Numbered from the stretch's first letter, positions 1 to 13,137 are shown. The stretch: DNA of 64,000 nt from Pseudomonadota bacterium (GCA_049324415.1 JBMOOS010000039.1:20363-84362); one strand, 5' to 3'. Translations and numbers: made by a program. Notes: generated by a model not told the origin, from the letters alone.

Positions 1-29
1 AGAAAACGTCCAGGAAGACCAAGGAGTAA
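1..29 (+). CDS. rplU: probable 3' end of ribosomal protein L21 gene (partial)
   Basis: Frame open to the window edge ends in TAA at 27-29, directly upstream of rpmA. rplU-rpmA adjacency is near universal. Only 9 codons are visible, so this rests on synteny alone. Confidence 0.3.
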
Positions 30-34
30 GCGAC

Positions 35-298
35 ATGGCGCATAAAAAAGCAGGTGGTTCGTCCCGGAACGGGCGCGACAGCGCGGGCCGGCGCTTGGGC
101 GTCAAGAAATTCGGCGGCGAGGCCGTGGTCGCCGGCAACATCATCGTGCGCCAGCGGGGCACCAAGTTTCACCCCGGCGACAATGTGGGGCTGGGCAAGG
201 ATCACACTCTTTTCGCCACCAGCGCCGGTCATGTGAAGTTCCATGGCGGCAAACAGGGCCGCACTTATGTCTCGGTCGAACCGAGCCCGACCAACTGA
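35..298 (+). CDS. rpmA: 50S ribosomal protein L27
   Basis: [28 protein letters not shown]...[13 protein letters not shown] is the classic L27 sequence. AAGGAG Shine-Dalgarno lies upstream. Confidence 0.97.
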   Translation: MAHKKAGGSSRNGRDSAGRRLGVKKFGGEAVVAGNIIVRQRGTKFHPGDNVGLGKDHTLFATSAGHVKFHGGKQGRTYVSVEPSPTN

Positions 299-358
299 CA
301 TAACCGGCGACTCGGAATCGCCGCAGGCGATCCGCCACGCAAAGTTCAGGAAGGGGAG

Positions 359-3148
<2,790 letters not shown>

Positions 3149-3152
<4 letters not shown>

Positions 3153-4429
3153 ACCGCGCGAAAGCGCCAAGCGAAGACGCCGCGCAGTGCATCGCCGCCA
3201 TGGGCCTGGCGGCGAAGGGGGTGCGGGCGCGGCTGGCGCAAGCGACACCTCGGGAAAAGAACGACGCCCTTGTCGCGGCGGCGGACGCCTTGCGGCAAAA
3301 CAGCGAAAAGATCCTGGCCGCCAACGCCGCCGACATGGGTGCGGCGCGTGACGCGGGGCTGGGCGCCGCCATGCTCGACCGCCTGGCGCTCGATGCCGGG
3401 CGCCTTGAAGCGATTGCCGGGGCGCTTGAAGCGATTGTCCGCCTTGACGACCCCATCGGCGCCGCCATCGCCACCTGGCGGCGGCCCAACGGCCTTGAGA
3501 TTTCCCGGGTGCGGGTGCCCCTGGGCGTCATCGGGGTGATATACGAATCGCGGCCCAATGTGACCGCGGATGCCGCCGGCCTGTGCCTCAAGGCCGGCAA
3601 CCCGGTCATCTTGCGGGGCGGCTCGGAGAGCCGACGCTCATCGGCGGCGATCCACCGCTGCCTCATAAGCGGCCTTGCGCGGGCGGGCCTTCCCGAAGCG
3701 GCGGTTCAACTCGTCCCCACCACCGACCGCGCCGCCGTCGGGGCGATGCTGACCCGCTCCGACCTCATCGATGTCATTATCCCCCGCGGCGGCAAGTCCC
3801 TGGTTGCCCGGGTGCAGGCGGAGGCAAGGGTGCCAGTCTTGGCCCATCTCGAAGGCATCTGCCATGTCTTCATCGACAAGGCGGCGGACCTAGACAAGGC
3901 GGTGGCCATCGCGGTCAACGCCAAGATGCGCCGCACCGGCATTTGCGGGGCGATGGAAACGCTGCTGGTCCACCGCGCGGTGGCGGCGAGCCACCTGCCG
4001 GCGATCTTGACGGCCTTGCGCGCCGCCGGCTGCGCCTTGCGCGGCGACGATGGGGTGCGGGCGCTCGACGACAAGGTGGCGCCGGCGACGCAAGAGGATT
4101 GGCGCACCGAATATCTCGACGCCATCCTCGCGGTGCGCATCCTTGATGACCTCGACGCCGCGGTCCACCATATCGCCACCTATGGCTCGGGCCACAGCGA
4201 CGCCATCGTCACCGAGGACGAGGCGGCGGCGGCGCGCTTCCTTGCCCAGGTGGACAGCGCCATCGTCCTTGTCAACGCCTCGACCCAGTTCGCCGACGGC
4301 GGCGAATTTGGCATGGGTGCGGAAATCGGCATTTCCACCGGACGCTTGCACGCCCGCGGCCCGGTCGGGGTGGAACAGCTCACCACTTATAAATATGTGG
4401 TGCGCGGCACCGGCCAGACCCGCCCGTGA
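3149..4429 (+). CDS. proA: gamma-glutamyl phosphate reductase
   Basis: Full-length ProA-like sequence with the catalytic Cys context [13 protein letters not shown]. 4-nt overlap with proB. Confidence 0.95.
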
Positions 4430-5115
4430 GCGCCGCCAAGGCCGCAAGGCAGCTCTTTCTCGGCGGTCACGGCCGGTGGCGCGGCCGCACGGTGGGGCTT
4501 TATGGCGGCTCCTTCAATCCCGCCCATGCCGGGCACCGCCATGTCAGCCTCACGGCCTTGAAGGCCCTGGGCCTCGACGCCCTCTGGTGGCTGGTCAGCC
4601 CAGGCAATCCCCTGAAGGCGGAACGCGACATGGCGCCGCTTGCGCAGCGCCTGGCGCAAGCGCAGGCCATCGCCCGCCACCCCCGGTTTTTCGTCACCGA
4701 TGTGGAACAAGCCCTGGGCAGCGTCTACAGCGCCCATAGCGTGGCGGCTTTGCGTCGCCGCCACCCGAGAACCCGCTTTGTGTGGATCATGGGGGCGGAC
4801 AATCTTGCCGATTTTCACCATTGGCGGGACTGGGAAAAAATCTTTAAAAGCCTGCCCATTGCCGTCATCGACCGCCCGGGTTATGCTTTTTGCGCGTTGG
4901 CCGCGCCCGCCGCGCGGCATTTTCAGCGGTGGCGGGCGCCGGCGGGGCGTGCTAGAGCCTTGGCGGCGATGGATCCGCCGGCATGGGTTTTCCTGCGCAT
5001 CCCCCGGCATCGGGCCAGCGCAACGGTGCTGCGCCAGGCCGCCGCCGGCGATTGGCCATTGGCGGCCCAGCGGGGAGCGAGGCTGTCCCGGCACGGCATC
5101 GTCGAAGCGCCATGA
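4426..5115 (+). CDS. nadD: nicotinate-nucleotide adenylyltransferase
   Basis: [11 protein letters not shown] (HxGH nucleotidyltransferase motif). Conserved proA-nadD-rsfS-rlmH order. Confidence 0.9.
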   Translation: MSAAKAARQLFLGGHGRWRGRTVGLYGGSFNPAHAGHRHVSLTALKALGLDALWWLVSPGNPLKAERDMAPLAQRLAQAQAIARHPRFFVTDVEQALGSVYSAHSVAALRRRHPRTRFVWIMGADNLADFHHWRDWEKIFKSLPIAVIDRPGYAFCALAAPAARHFQRWRAPAGRARALAAMDPPAWVFLRIPRHRASATVLRQAAAGDWPLAAQRGARLSRHGIVEAP

Positions 5116-5146
5116 CGGCGCCGACCACAACAGCAAGGAGTAACGG

Positions 5147-5572
5147 TTGCACCCCAAGACAGCTCTACCGTCGCCCGACGGTTCCTCCCGGCGCCGCGCC
5201 AGCGGCCGGCGGGAGCCGATGTCCGCCAAAGGCCGGGCCATATTGGCAACGATTCTCAAGGCTCTTGAAGACGGCAAGGCGGAAGATATCGTCACCATCG
5301 ACCTTATTGGAAAAACCTCCCTTGCCGACGCCATGGTGATCGCCTCCGGGCGAAGCCAGCGCCAGGTCGCGGCCTTGGCGGGCCAGGTGGTCGAGAAGCT
5401 CAAGGCCAGCAGCGCTCTTGTTCCCAAGGTCGAAGGCAAGACCTCCGGCGACTGGGTCTTGATCGACGCCGGCGATATCATCGTCCATGTCTTTCGCCCC
5501 GAGGTGCGCAGCTTTTACAATCTGGAAAAGATGTGGGCGATCGACGTCGTCGAGCCGCTGGCGCAGGCCTGA
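5147..5572 (+). CDS. rsfS: ribosome silencing factor RsfS
   Basis: LEDGKAEDIVTIDL..SLADAMVIASGRSQRQV and WVLIDAGDIIVHVF are RsfS hallmarks. TTG start preceded by AAGGAG 7 nt upstream. An alternative ATG lies at 5219. Confidence 0.88.
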   Translation: MHPKTALPSPDGSSRRRASGRREPMSAKGRAILATILKALEDGKAEDIVTIDLIGKTSLADAMVIASGRSQRQVAALAGQVVEKLKASSALVPKVEGKTSGDWVLIDAGDIIVHVFRPEVRSFYNLEKMWAIDVVEPLAQA

Positions 5573-5590
5573 GGGCGCGGCGCTTTTTCC

Positions 5591-6049
5591 ATGGCGTCGC
5601 CGATCACCGTTATTGCCGTCGGCCGACTTGGGCGCGGCCCTGAGGCCGAGTTGTGCGCGTCTTACGCAAAACGCATCGCCTGGCCGATGGACATCATCGA
5701 AATCGACGACCGCAAGGCGCCCGCCGCCAAGCGCAAGGTCTGGGAAGCGGCGCAGATCCTCAATGCCTGCCCCAGGGATGCCCATATCATCCTGCTTGAT
5801 GAACGCGGACGAGCGGTGACGAGCCCGCAACTGGCGCGTCTCATCGGCGCCAAAAGGGAGGCTGGCGAGGCCTTGGCGTTCATCATCGGCGGCGCGGACG
5901 GCGTTGATGAAGCGGTGCGCGTCCGGGCGGGCGAGGCTATCGCTTTTGGCGGCATGACCTGGCCGCATAAATTGGCGCGGGCCATGCTGATGGAGCAGCT
6001 TTACCGCGCTGGGACAATTTTAACCGGCCACCCCTATCATCGGAGCTGA
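5591..6049 (+). CDS. rlmH: 23S rRNA (pseudouridine1915-N3)-methyltransferase RlmH
   Basis: SPOUT family with FIIGGADG and a C-terminal LMEQLYRA...GHPYHR. Confidence 0.92.
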   Translation: MASPITVIAVGRLGRGPEAELCASYAKRIAWPMDIIEIDDRKAPAAKRKVWEAAQILNACPRDAHIILLDERGRAVTSPQLARLIGAKREAGEALAFIIGGADGVDEAVRVRAGEAIAFGGMTWPHKLARAMLMEQLYRAGTILTGHPYHRS

Positions 6050-6062
6050 AAGCCTGTTTGCC

Positions 6063-7313
6063 GTGACCGTGAAAAAGTTAAGGATAATGGCGTCAGCACG
6101 CTCCATCGCCCTTGCCTGCCCGGTGGCCGCAAGCATCGCGGCGCTGGCGCCTCATGATCTTGCGCTGGCGGGCCAAGCGCCGCAAAAACAGCTGGAGGCG
6201 GTGCGTGAGGCGCTGGATAGCGCGCAAGACCGCAGCAAGGCCCTGGAGGCCGAGGAAGCCGCGCTGGCCACCCAAGTGCAGGACCTGGCCCGCCGCCTGG
6301 TCGAGACCGCCGCCAAGGTGCAGCGCCAGGAAGACAGCTTGACGCGGATCGAGATGGAAATAGACGCCCTCAACCAGGAAGAACGCCGGCTTGCCCAAGC
6401 GCTCGCCGCCCGCCAGGCGCAGCTTGCCGAGACCCTGGCGGCGTTGCAGATGCTGAGCCGCCAGCCGCCGCACCTGGTGCTGCTGCGACCGGCCTCGGCG
6501 ACCCAGACCGCCCGCTCCGCCGCGCTGCTCAACCAGGTGATGCCGGAAATCCGCGCCCAGGCGGCAGGCGTGCGCGCCGAGCTCGACACCCTGGCCACGG
6601 TGCGCGCCGAGCTCGACGCCCGGCGAACCCGGCAAAGGATCGAGCTTGCCGCCCTTGAGACGACGCGCGTCGAGCTCGACCGTCTGCGCGAGGAGCGCAC
6701 CAAGCGCCGCGCCGAGGTTTCCGACCTCGCCCGCGCCGAACGGGCGCGCATCGCCGCGCTGGTGCGCCAATCGCGCACCCTTGAGGAGCTGCTCGCCAAG
6801 CTGGAGGCCGAACGCCAGCGCCTTGCCGCGGTGCCGAGCCCGATCCCGCGCCCCCAGGCCCGGCCTGGGGCTTCCCGGCCTTTCTCCAAGGCCCGCGGCG
6901 CTCTGCCCCTCCCCGCGCGGGGAGATATTCTGATCGGCTTTGGCGACAAGACGGAGGAGGGCGCCGCCAAGGGCCTTTCCATTCTCACCCGCGACGCAGC
7001 GACCGTGGTCGCGCCCTATGACGGCACCATCGTCTATGCCGACCGCTTCCGCTCCTATGGCCAGCTCTTGATCATCGAGCATGGCGAAGGATATCATTCG
7101 GTTTTGGCGGGCATGATTCGGCTCGATGGCAGTGTCGGCCAATGGGTTCTGACGGGTGAGCCGGTGGGTGAGATGGGCCGCGCCGACGCCGCCCAGAAAC
7201 AGACCGGCAACCCCGCAGGGCGGCCGGTGCTTTATGTCGAGTTGCAGCGCGACGGCAAGCCGATCAATCCGCTGCCGTGGCTGTCGGCCAAGCTGGAAAG
7301 GGTAAGTCCATGA
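6063..7313 (+). CDS. envC: murein hydrolase activator EnvC-like (coiled coil + degenerate M23/LytM domain)
   Basis: Signal peptide, a long Q/A/E/R/L coiled-coil region and a C-terminal M23-like domain (LIIEHGEGYHSVLAG). Conserved position before ctpA. Confidence 0.8.
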   Translation: MTVKKLRIMASARSIALACPVAASIAALAPHDLALAGQAPQKQLEAVREALDSAQDRSKALEAEEAALATQVQDLARRLVETAAKVQRQEDSLTRIEMEIDALNQEERRLAQALAARQAQLAETLAALQMLSRQPPHLVLLRPASATQTARSAALLNQVMPEIRAQAAGVRAELDTLATVRAELDARRTRQRIELAALETTRVELDRLREERTKRRAEVSDLARAERARIAALVRQSRTLEELLAKLEAERQRLAAVPSPIPRPQARPGASRPFSKARGALPLPARGDILIGFGDKTEEGAAKGLSILTRDAATVVAPYDGTIVYADRFRSYGQLLIIEHGEGYHSVLAGMIRLDGSVGQWVLTGEPVGEMGRADAAQKQTGNPAGRPVLYVELQRDGKPINPLPWLSAKLERVSP

Positions 7314-8644
7314 AGCGTCTCGTCTTGACCGCCTTTGCGGCCGGCGCGTTGGCCATCGGCCTCGCCGCGGCGACCCAGGCGGATAATGCCTCCAAGACCT
7401 TCCGCCGCTTCGACAAATTGGTCGATGTGTTCGAGCGGGTGCGCGCCGAATATGTCGAGCCGGTGGACGAGGACAAGCTCATCGAGGCGGCGATCAGCGG
7501 CATGCTTTCCTCGCTCGACCCGCATTCCAGCTATATGCCGCCGGACAGTTTCCGCGCCATGCAGGTGCAGACCGATGGCGAGTTTGGCGGGCTCGGCATC
7601 GAGGTGCAGATGGAAAACGGCCTTGTCAAGGTGGTTTCCCCCATCGACGACACGCCGGCGGCGCGCGCCGGGATCGAGGGCGGCGACCTCATCATCCAGA
7701 TCGATGGCGAGCAGGTCTATGGCCTCAGCCTTCAGGAAGCGCTCGACAAGATGCGCGGGCCGGTGGGGGCGCCGATCACCGTCACCATCTTGCGCGAAGG
7801 CAAGGACGAGCCCTTCGATGTCACCATCGTGCGCGACATGATCAAGCTGCGCGCGGTGCGCGCCCGGGTCGAGGACGGCAGCGTCGGCTATGTCCGCATT
7901 TCCACCTTCAACCGCCAGGCCAGCGATGGCCTCGAGGAGGCGGTGGCGGACTTGCGCAAGCAACTGGACGGGCGCATGACCGGCCTTATCCTCGACTTGC
8001 GTGGCAACCCAGGCGGGCTCTTGGATCAGGCGGTGGGCGTCGCCGACGCCTTTCTCGACCATGGCGAGATCGTCTCGACCCGCGGCCGGCGCAAGGCCGA
8101 CATCGACCGCCGCGCGGCGCGTCCGGGGGATGTCATCGATGGCTTGCCGCTGATCGTGCTGGTCAATGCCTATTCCGCGTCGGCATCCGAGATTGTCGCG
8201 GGCGCGCTGCAGGACCATCGCCGGGCCGTGGTCCTCGGCACCCAGACCTTCGGCAAGGGGACGGTGCAGACGGTGATCCCGCTCGCTGGCGAGGCCGCCA
8301 TGCGGCTGACCACGGCGCGCTATTACACCCCTTCTGGCCGCTCGATCCAGGAATATGGCATCAAGCCTGATATCGAGGTGAAGCAGCCCCGTCCGGCCGG
8401 CGCGGAAGAGGAAGACGAAACCCCGTCATCGCCGCGTCGCGAGGCTGACTTGCGCAACCATTTGAGCAACGAGCACAGCCCCGCTGGGCAGACCAATCTC
8501 GAGGTTAAGGACGCGCCGCTCGCCCCGCGCGAAGTGGTCCCCACCAGTGTCGACACCGAGGACGCGAAGGACTATCAATTGGGCTATGCCTTGTCGCTGA
8601 TGCGCGGCATCGCCCAGCAAAAGGCCCAGTTGGCGTTGAATTAG
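7310..8644 (+). CDS. ctpA: carboxy-terminal processing protease (S41)
   Basis: PDZ region (GIEV..VVSPIDDTPAARAGI..GD.I..IDG) and S41 catalytic region (NAYSASASEIVAGAL, TFGKGTVQ). Start trimmed to MKRLVLTAF, which overlaps the envC stop as ATGA. Confidence 0.93.
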   Translation: MKRLVLTAFAAGALAIGLAAATQADNASKTFRRFDKLVDVFERVRAEYVEPVDEDKLIEAAISGMLSSLDPHSSYMPPDSFRAMQVQTDGEFGGLGIEVQMENGLVKVVSPIDDTPAARAGIEGGDLIIQIDGEQVYGLSLQEALDKMRGPVGAPITVTILREGKDEPFDVTIVRDMIKLRAVRARVEDGSVGYVRISTFNRQASDGLEEAVADLRKQLDGRMTGLILDLRGNPGGLLDQAVGVADAFLDHGEIVSTRGRRKADIDRRAARPGDVIDGLPLIVLVNAYSASASEIVAGALQDHRRAVVLGTQTFGKGTVQTVIPLAGEAAMRLTTARYYTPSGRSIQEYGIKPDIEVKQPRPAGAEEEDETPSSPRREADLRNHLSNEHSPAGQTNLEVKDAPLAPREVVPTSVDTEDAKDYQLGYALSLMRGIAQQKAQLALN

Positions 8645-8660
8645 GAACCTGGCCGGGGCC

Positions 8661-9761
8661 ATGCCGAACAACCCCGCCGCGAGGGGCAAATGGGCAAAGA
8701 CAGGGGCGATGGCAAGGCTGAGTAAAGGCGAAAAGCTTCTGGCGGGCGCCTGGGCGGGGTTTATCCTCCTGGTGGCCAGCCTTTCGCTGTGGGTGGTCGC
8801 TGGCGGGCCGCCGCCGCGCCCTATCGCCAATCTTGCCGATGCAACGCCGAACCGCGCGCTTGAGGCGGCCCCTGCGCACGACGGCGAGGAAGCGGCGGCT
8901 TTGCCCCCCGTCGCGCAAGATGATGAAGCGCCGCCGCCAGCCGTTGCCTCGGATCTTTCCCTTGCGCCGGTGAGCGAGGCCTTGAGCGAGACGACGCCGC
9001 GAGGGGCCTTGCCGCGGATCAGCGATGACGGACGCGAGCCCTGGCGGGTCTATGCCGCGCCCGCGCCGCCCGACGATGGCCGGCCGCGAATCGCCGTCAT
9101 GCTGACCGCCCTTGGCCTCAACCAGGCGGCGGGCGAAGCCGCCATCGCCAAGCTCCCGCCCGCCATCAGCTTTGCTTTTTCCCCCTATGGCCGGGATTTG
9201 CCGGATTGGGCCCACAAGGCGCGCGCCAAGGGGCATGAAATCTTCCTCATGGTGCCGATGGAGCCCTTGCGCTATCCCGAGAACGACCCCGGCCCCCAGA
9301 GCCTGTTGCGCAGCCTGTCGCCGGCGGACAATATCGCGCGGCTCAACGAGGTGATGACCCGTTTCGCCGGCTATGTGGGGATCGTCAACGACATGGGCTC
9401 GGCCTTCACCGCCAACGAGGCCGCCATGCGGCCCGTCCTGCAGGAGCTTAAAAACCGCGGCCTTATGTTTATCGACGCGCGCTCGACCAATTATTCCGTC
9501 GCGGCCTCGCTCGCCGGTCAGATGGCGGTGCCGGTGGCGGTGAACAACCGGTTCATCGACGAAACGCCGTCGGCAGACGAGGTGCGGCGCATGCTGCTTG
9601 AGCTGGAGACCACGGCGCAGACCCTTGGCAACGCCGTGGGTTTTGCCCGCCCGCTGCCGCTGAGCATCGAGGCCATCGCCACCTGGTCAGCAGGGGTTGG
9701 CGAACGCGGGCTAAGTCTCGTCCCCGTCAGCGCCATTGCCAATCGCCAGCCAGTGCGCTAG
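8661..9761 (+). CDS. divergent polysaccharide deacetylase family protein (YibQ-like)
   Basis: N-terminal TM helix. IAVMLTALGLN..SFAFSPYG...HEIFLMVPMEP..YP.NDPGP matches my recollection of the YibQ/DUF610 family. Conserved after ctpA. Confidence 0.75.
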   Translation: MPNNPAARGKWAKTGAMARLSKGEKLLAGAWAGFILLVASLSLWVVAGGPPPRPIANLADATPNRALEAAPAHDGEEAAALPPVAQDDEAPPPAVASDLSLAPVSEALSETTPRGALPRISDDGREPWRVYAAPAPPDDGRPRIAVMLTALGLNQAAGEAAIAKLPPAISFAFSPYGRDLPDWAHKARAKGHEIFLMVPMEPLRYPENDPGPQSLLRSLSPADNIARLNEVMTRFAGYVGIVNDMGSAFTANEAAMRPVLQELKNRGLMFIDARSTNYSVAASLAGQMAVPVAVNNRFIDETPSADEVRRMLLELETTAQTLGNAVGFARPLPLSIEAIATWSAGVGERGLSLVPVSAIANRQPVR

Positions 9762-9771
9762 CAAGCCGGCC

Positions 9772-10293
9772 ATGTCAGAAAAGCACCCGGCCACGCGCGG
9801 CCCCCGCCATCACGAGACGCGTTATCGCCCCGGCGTTGGCGTGTTGTTGTTCAATGCCATGGGCGACGTCTTTGTCGGCCAGCGTATCGATACACAGGTC
9901 GAGGCCTGGCAGCTCCCCCAGGGCGGCATCGATGCCGGCGAGGCGCCGCTTGACGCGGCTCGGCGCGAGCTGCGCGAGGAAATCGGCACCGACAAGGCGC
10001 GCCTCCTCGCCGAGACGGTGGACTGGCTTGCCTATGACCTGCCGGAGGATCTGCGCGGCAAGGTGTGGGGCGGCCGTTATCGCGGCCAGCGGCAGAAATG
10101 GTTCGCCATGCGCTTTGAAGGCGCCGAGGCGGACATCGATCTTGCCACCGCGCATCCGGAATTTGCCGCCTGGGCCTGGCAACCGCTGGAGAGCTTGCCG
10201 GCCCTCATCGTTCCCTTCAAGCGCGGCGTCTATAGCGAGCTGGTGCGCCGTTTTCAGCCCTTGGCGGAACGCGTCAAGGCCGGGGAAATTTGA
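9772..10293 (+). CDS. rppH: RNA pyrophosphohydrolase RppH (Nudix)
   Basis: Nudix box GGIDAGEAPLDAARRELREEIG and YRPGVGVLLFN. Start trimmed to MSEKH just after the upstream stop. Confidence 0.9.
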   Translation: MSEKHPATRGPRHHETRYRPGVGVLLFNAMGDVFVGQRIDTQVEAWQLPQGGIDAGEAPLDAARRELREEIGTDKARLLAETVDWLAYDLPEDLRGKVWGGRYRGQRQKWFAMRFEGAEADIDLATAHPEFAAWAWQPLESLPALIVPFKRGVYSELVRRFQPLAERVKAGEI

Positions 10294-10318
10294 ACCCGGC
10301 ATTCCGTACGCCAGGGCG

Positions 10319-11317
10319 TCAGCCTTCCATCCAGGGCGGGGTGGGAAGGTTTTTTTCGCGCAAAAAAGCAGGATTGAAAATGCGCGAAAGATACCGCAGG
10401 CCGGAATCGCAAAGAACCGTGACGATGGTCTTGCCGGGGCCCAGCGCGCGCGCCAGCTTCATCGCGCCAACGACATTGATGGCCGAGGAAAGGCCAAGGC
10501 ACAGCCCTTCGTCGCGCATCAAGGCAAACAGCACCGGCAAGGCCTCGGCATCGCTCACCTGGAACTGGTCGTCGATCGGCGCGTCTTCAAGATTGGCGGT
10601 AATCCGGCTTTGCCCGATGCCCTCGGCGATGGAGCTGCCTTCGGCCTTCAATTCGCCATGGGCGTAATAATTGTAAAGCGCCGCCCCCATGGGGTCGGTA
10701 AGGGCGATGACCACCTTCTCGTTGCGCGCCTTCAGCCCCATGCCGACGCCAGCCAGGGTGCCGCCGGTGCCCACCGCGCAGGTAAAGCCATCGACCGCGC
10801 CCCTGGTCTCGTCCCAGATTTCCGCCGCCGTGGTCTCGATATGGGCGCGCCGGTTCGCCACATTGTCGAACTGGTTGGCCCAGATGGCGCCGGCGGTTTC
10901 CTCGGCGATGCGGCGCGAGGTATGAACGAAATGCCCGGGATTGGAAAAGGGCGCGGCGGGGACGAGGACCAGCTCCGCGCCCAGCGCCCTTAAGGTGTCC
11001 TTCTTCTCCTGGCTTTGGGTTTCCGGCATGACGATGATGGTGCGATAGCCCTTGGCGTTGCCGACCACGGCAAGGCCGATGCCGGTGTTGCCGGCGGTGC
11101 CTTCCACCACGACGCCGCCGGGCCCCAGCTCGCCCCGCGCTTGTGCGTCCTCGATGATGAACAGCGCGGCGCGGTCCTTGACCGAGCCGCCGGGGTTCAT
11201 GAATTCGCACTTGCCCAGGATGGTGCAGCCGGTTTCCTGCGACGCGCGGCGCAGCTTGACGAGCGGCGTATTGCCGATGAGGGCAAGGACGCTTTCGGGC
11301 GGTGGTTTTCTGGTCAT
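10319..11317 (-). CDS. PLP-dependent cysteine synthase family protein (CysK/CBS-like)
   Basis: LIGNTPLVKL, PLP-lysine motif GGSVKDR, GNTGIGLA. Track ORF trimmed by 67 non-homologous codons to MTRKPP. Confidence 0.88.
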   Translation of the reverse strand: MTRKPPPESVLALIGNTPLVKLRRASQETGCTILGKCEFMNPGGSVKDRAALFIIEDAQARGELGPGGVVVEGTAGNTGIGLAVVGNAKGYRTIIVMPETQSQEKKDTLRALGAELVLVPAAPFSNPGHFVHTSRRIAEETAGAIWANQFDNVANRRAHIETTAAEIWDETRGAVDGFTCAVGTGGTLAGVGMGLKARNEKVVIALTDPMGAALYNYYAHGELKAEGSSIAEGIGQSRITANLEDAPIDDQFQVSDAEALPVLFALMRDEGLCLGLSSAINVVGAMKLARALGPGKTIVTVLCDSGLRYLSRIFNPAFLREKNLPTPPWMEG

Positions 11318-11400
11318 GCTTGGTCTGCCTCGGCATGGATGAAGGCGCGCTCCAGACTTAAAAGCCTGGGGCCAGCCCCGCAACGCAGAATTTCTAATGC

Positions 11401-11521
11401 CTAGTGGTGCGATTCCAACGGATGGTTCCCATCTGTTGGAGAAATCGCACCACAGATTCAATAACTTAGTGGTCCACTTTTCCCAAACGGAAGGATTTAT
11501 CCGTTTGGGGCGGACCACTAG
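11401..11521. repeat. two tandem diverged ~55-nt palindromic units (REP/MITE-like) bounded by CTAGTGGT(G/C)CG inverted termini
   Basis: Unit A is GTGGTGCGATT-CCAACGGATGG / CCATCTGTTGG-aga-AATCGCACCAC. Unit B is TAGTGGTCC..CCCAAACGGA / TCCGTTTGGG..GGACCACTA. The units align with each other, and the outer ends form a 10/11 inverted repeat. Confidence 0.6.
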
Positions 11522-11552
11522 GCGTTCCCGGATAATCGATCGCGATCACCGC

Positions 11553-12650
11553 TCATGCCTGGCGCATCGCCTTTTCCGCATGGGCCCAGCCCAGCTCGGC
11601 CAGGGGTGCGATCATGGCGCCCATCTGCCGGGCATGGCGGGACGCGGCGGTGCCGCGCACCACCCGGCCCTGGATGCCATGGACGATGGCGGCGAGGCGA
11701 AACAGGTTATAGGCGAAATAAAAGTCAAGATGGGGAATGCCTTCTTCGCGCCCCGTGCGCCGGCAATAGGCGGCGACATAAGCCTCCTCGCAAGGGATGC
11801 CGAGGGCCTGAAGGTCGGCGCCATAAAGGCCGGCGGTCTCCATCGGCGGCATGCGGTACATCATCAAATGATAAGAAAAGTCGGCAAGGGGGTGCCCGAG
11901 GGTCGACAGCTCCCAGTCGATGACCGCCAGCACCTTGGGCTCCCGGGGATGGAAAATCAGGTTGTCGCAGCGATAGTCGCCATGGACGATGGCGGTCTCG
12001 TCGCCCGGCGGAATATGCGCCGGCAGCCAGGCAACCAACCGGTCCATCGCCGGGAAGCGCCCCGCCGCCTCGTCCGCTTCATATTGCCGCGACCAGCGGG
12101 CGATCTGGCGGGCGAAGTAATTGCCCGCCTTGCCGAAGTCGGCAAGGCCGAGGGCGGCATGGTCGGCGCAGTGCAGCCGGGCAAGGGTCGCGTTCATGGC
12201 GTCGAAATAGGCGGCGCGCGCCTCGCGGGGGAGTTGCGGGAAGCTGGCGTCCCAGAAAATCCGCCCCTCCACGAAGTCCATGACATAGAACCAGGTGCCG
12301 ATCACCCCCTCATCGGTGCACAGGCCATGGGTCCTGGCGACGGGAAAGCCGGTGGCGGCCAAGGCGGTGACGACCTTATATTCGCGGTCCACCGCATGCG
12401 CCGACTGCAAAAGCTTTCCCGGCGGCTTGCGGCGCAGGACATAGGCGGCGCCCGGGGTGGTGAGCTTATAGGTGGGGTTTGACTGGCCGCCCTTGAACTC
12501 GGCGATCTCGAGCGGCCCTTCATAGCCCTCGACATGGGCGCGCATCCATAAGTCAAGCGCCCCCTTGTCGATATGATGGGCCGCGCGCACCGCCATGGTG
12601 CCGGAAAACTTCTCTTGCCGCGATGCCTGGCTCATAGACGGGTTCTCCAT
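11553..12650 (-). CDS. phosphotransferase family protein (APH/choline-kinase fold)
   Basis: FKGGQSNPTYKL, the Brenner-type motif IVHGDYRCDNLIF and VIDWE. Start chosen at MENPSM, which has an AGGAA SD upstream. Confidence 0.82.
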   Translation of the reverse strand: MENPSMSQASRQEKFSGTMAVRAAHHIDKGALDLWMRAHVEGYEGPLEIAEFKGGQSNPTYKLTTPGAAYVLRRKPPGKLLQSAHAVDREYKVVTALAATGFPVARTHGLCTDEGVIGTWFYVMDFVEGRIFWDASFPQLPREARAAYFDAMNATLARLHCADHAALGLADFGKAGNYFARQIARWSRQYEADEAAGRFPAMDRLVAWLPAHIPPGDETAIVHGDYRCDNLIFHPREPKVLAVIDWELSTLGHPLADFSYHLMMYRMPPMETAGLYGADLQALGIPCEEAYVAAYCRRTGREEGIPHLDFYFAYNLFRLAAIVHGIQGRVVRGTAASRHARQMGAMIAPLAELGWAHAEKAMRQA

Positions 12651-12672
12651 CGCCGTTCCTAGGGAACTGGCC

Positions 12673-13137
12673 CTAAAACACACCAACGTCAAGCCCGGCG
12701 GCCATCAGCGCGCCAAGCGCGGCGCATTCCCCGATAAAGTCTTCTGTCCACGCCCCGCGGCAGATGAGCGGGGGCTGGACGGCGCGCCAGCGCAGGCCAG
12801 TGACGATGGTCTCGACCCCCCGCCGGGTGCCGGTGCCGTCATGGCCGGCGCGGATGTAAAGCGCATAGGGAAGGCCTTGGGTGCGCTCCAGGCACGGATC
12901 ATAGACGCGGTCGAAGAAGTCCTTGAGCGCCCCCGCCATATAGCCAAGGTTTTCCGGGGTGCCGAGCACCACCGCCTGGGCCGCGAGCACGTCATCGGCC
13001 CCGGCGTCGAGGGGGGCGATGGCCTTAACCTCGATCGCCTCGCCGCCCGCTTCCCGCGCCCCGCGCGCGACCGCCTCGCGCAAAGCCTGGGTGTTGGCGG
13101 ACGGGGCGTGGGCAACGATGAGGAGGCGTTTCTTCAT
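12673..13137 (-). CDS. flavodoxin-like / NAD(P)H-dependent oxidoreductase family protein
   Basis: [13 protein letters not shown]...[21 protein letters not shown] is typical of the flavodoxin-like fold. ATGA overlap with the purD stop. Confidence 0.7.
   Translation of the reverse strand: MKKRLLIVAHAPSANTQALREAVARGAREAGGEAIEVKAIAPLDAGADDVLAAQAVVLGTPENLGYMAGALKDFFDRVYDPCLERTQGLPYALYIRAGHDGTGTRRGVETIVTGLRWRAVQPPLICRGAWTEDFIGECAALGALMAAGLDVGVF

Noticed and set aside
10319-11518. N-terminal extensions of track ORFs: cysK-like to 11518, MaoC to 39915, EAL to 41945, pseudouridine synthase from 30191, alpha/beta hydrolase from 22630, and others including g15 to 49597, g7 to 56411 and gp10 to 56028.
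   Set aside because: The extra residues are non-homologous, often overlap the neighbouring gene or a divergent promoter, and an internal ATG coincides with the conserved family N-terminus or with a start/stop overlap to the upstream gene.
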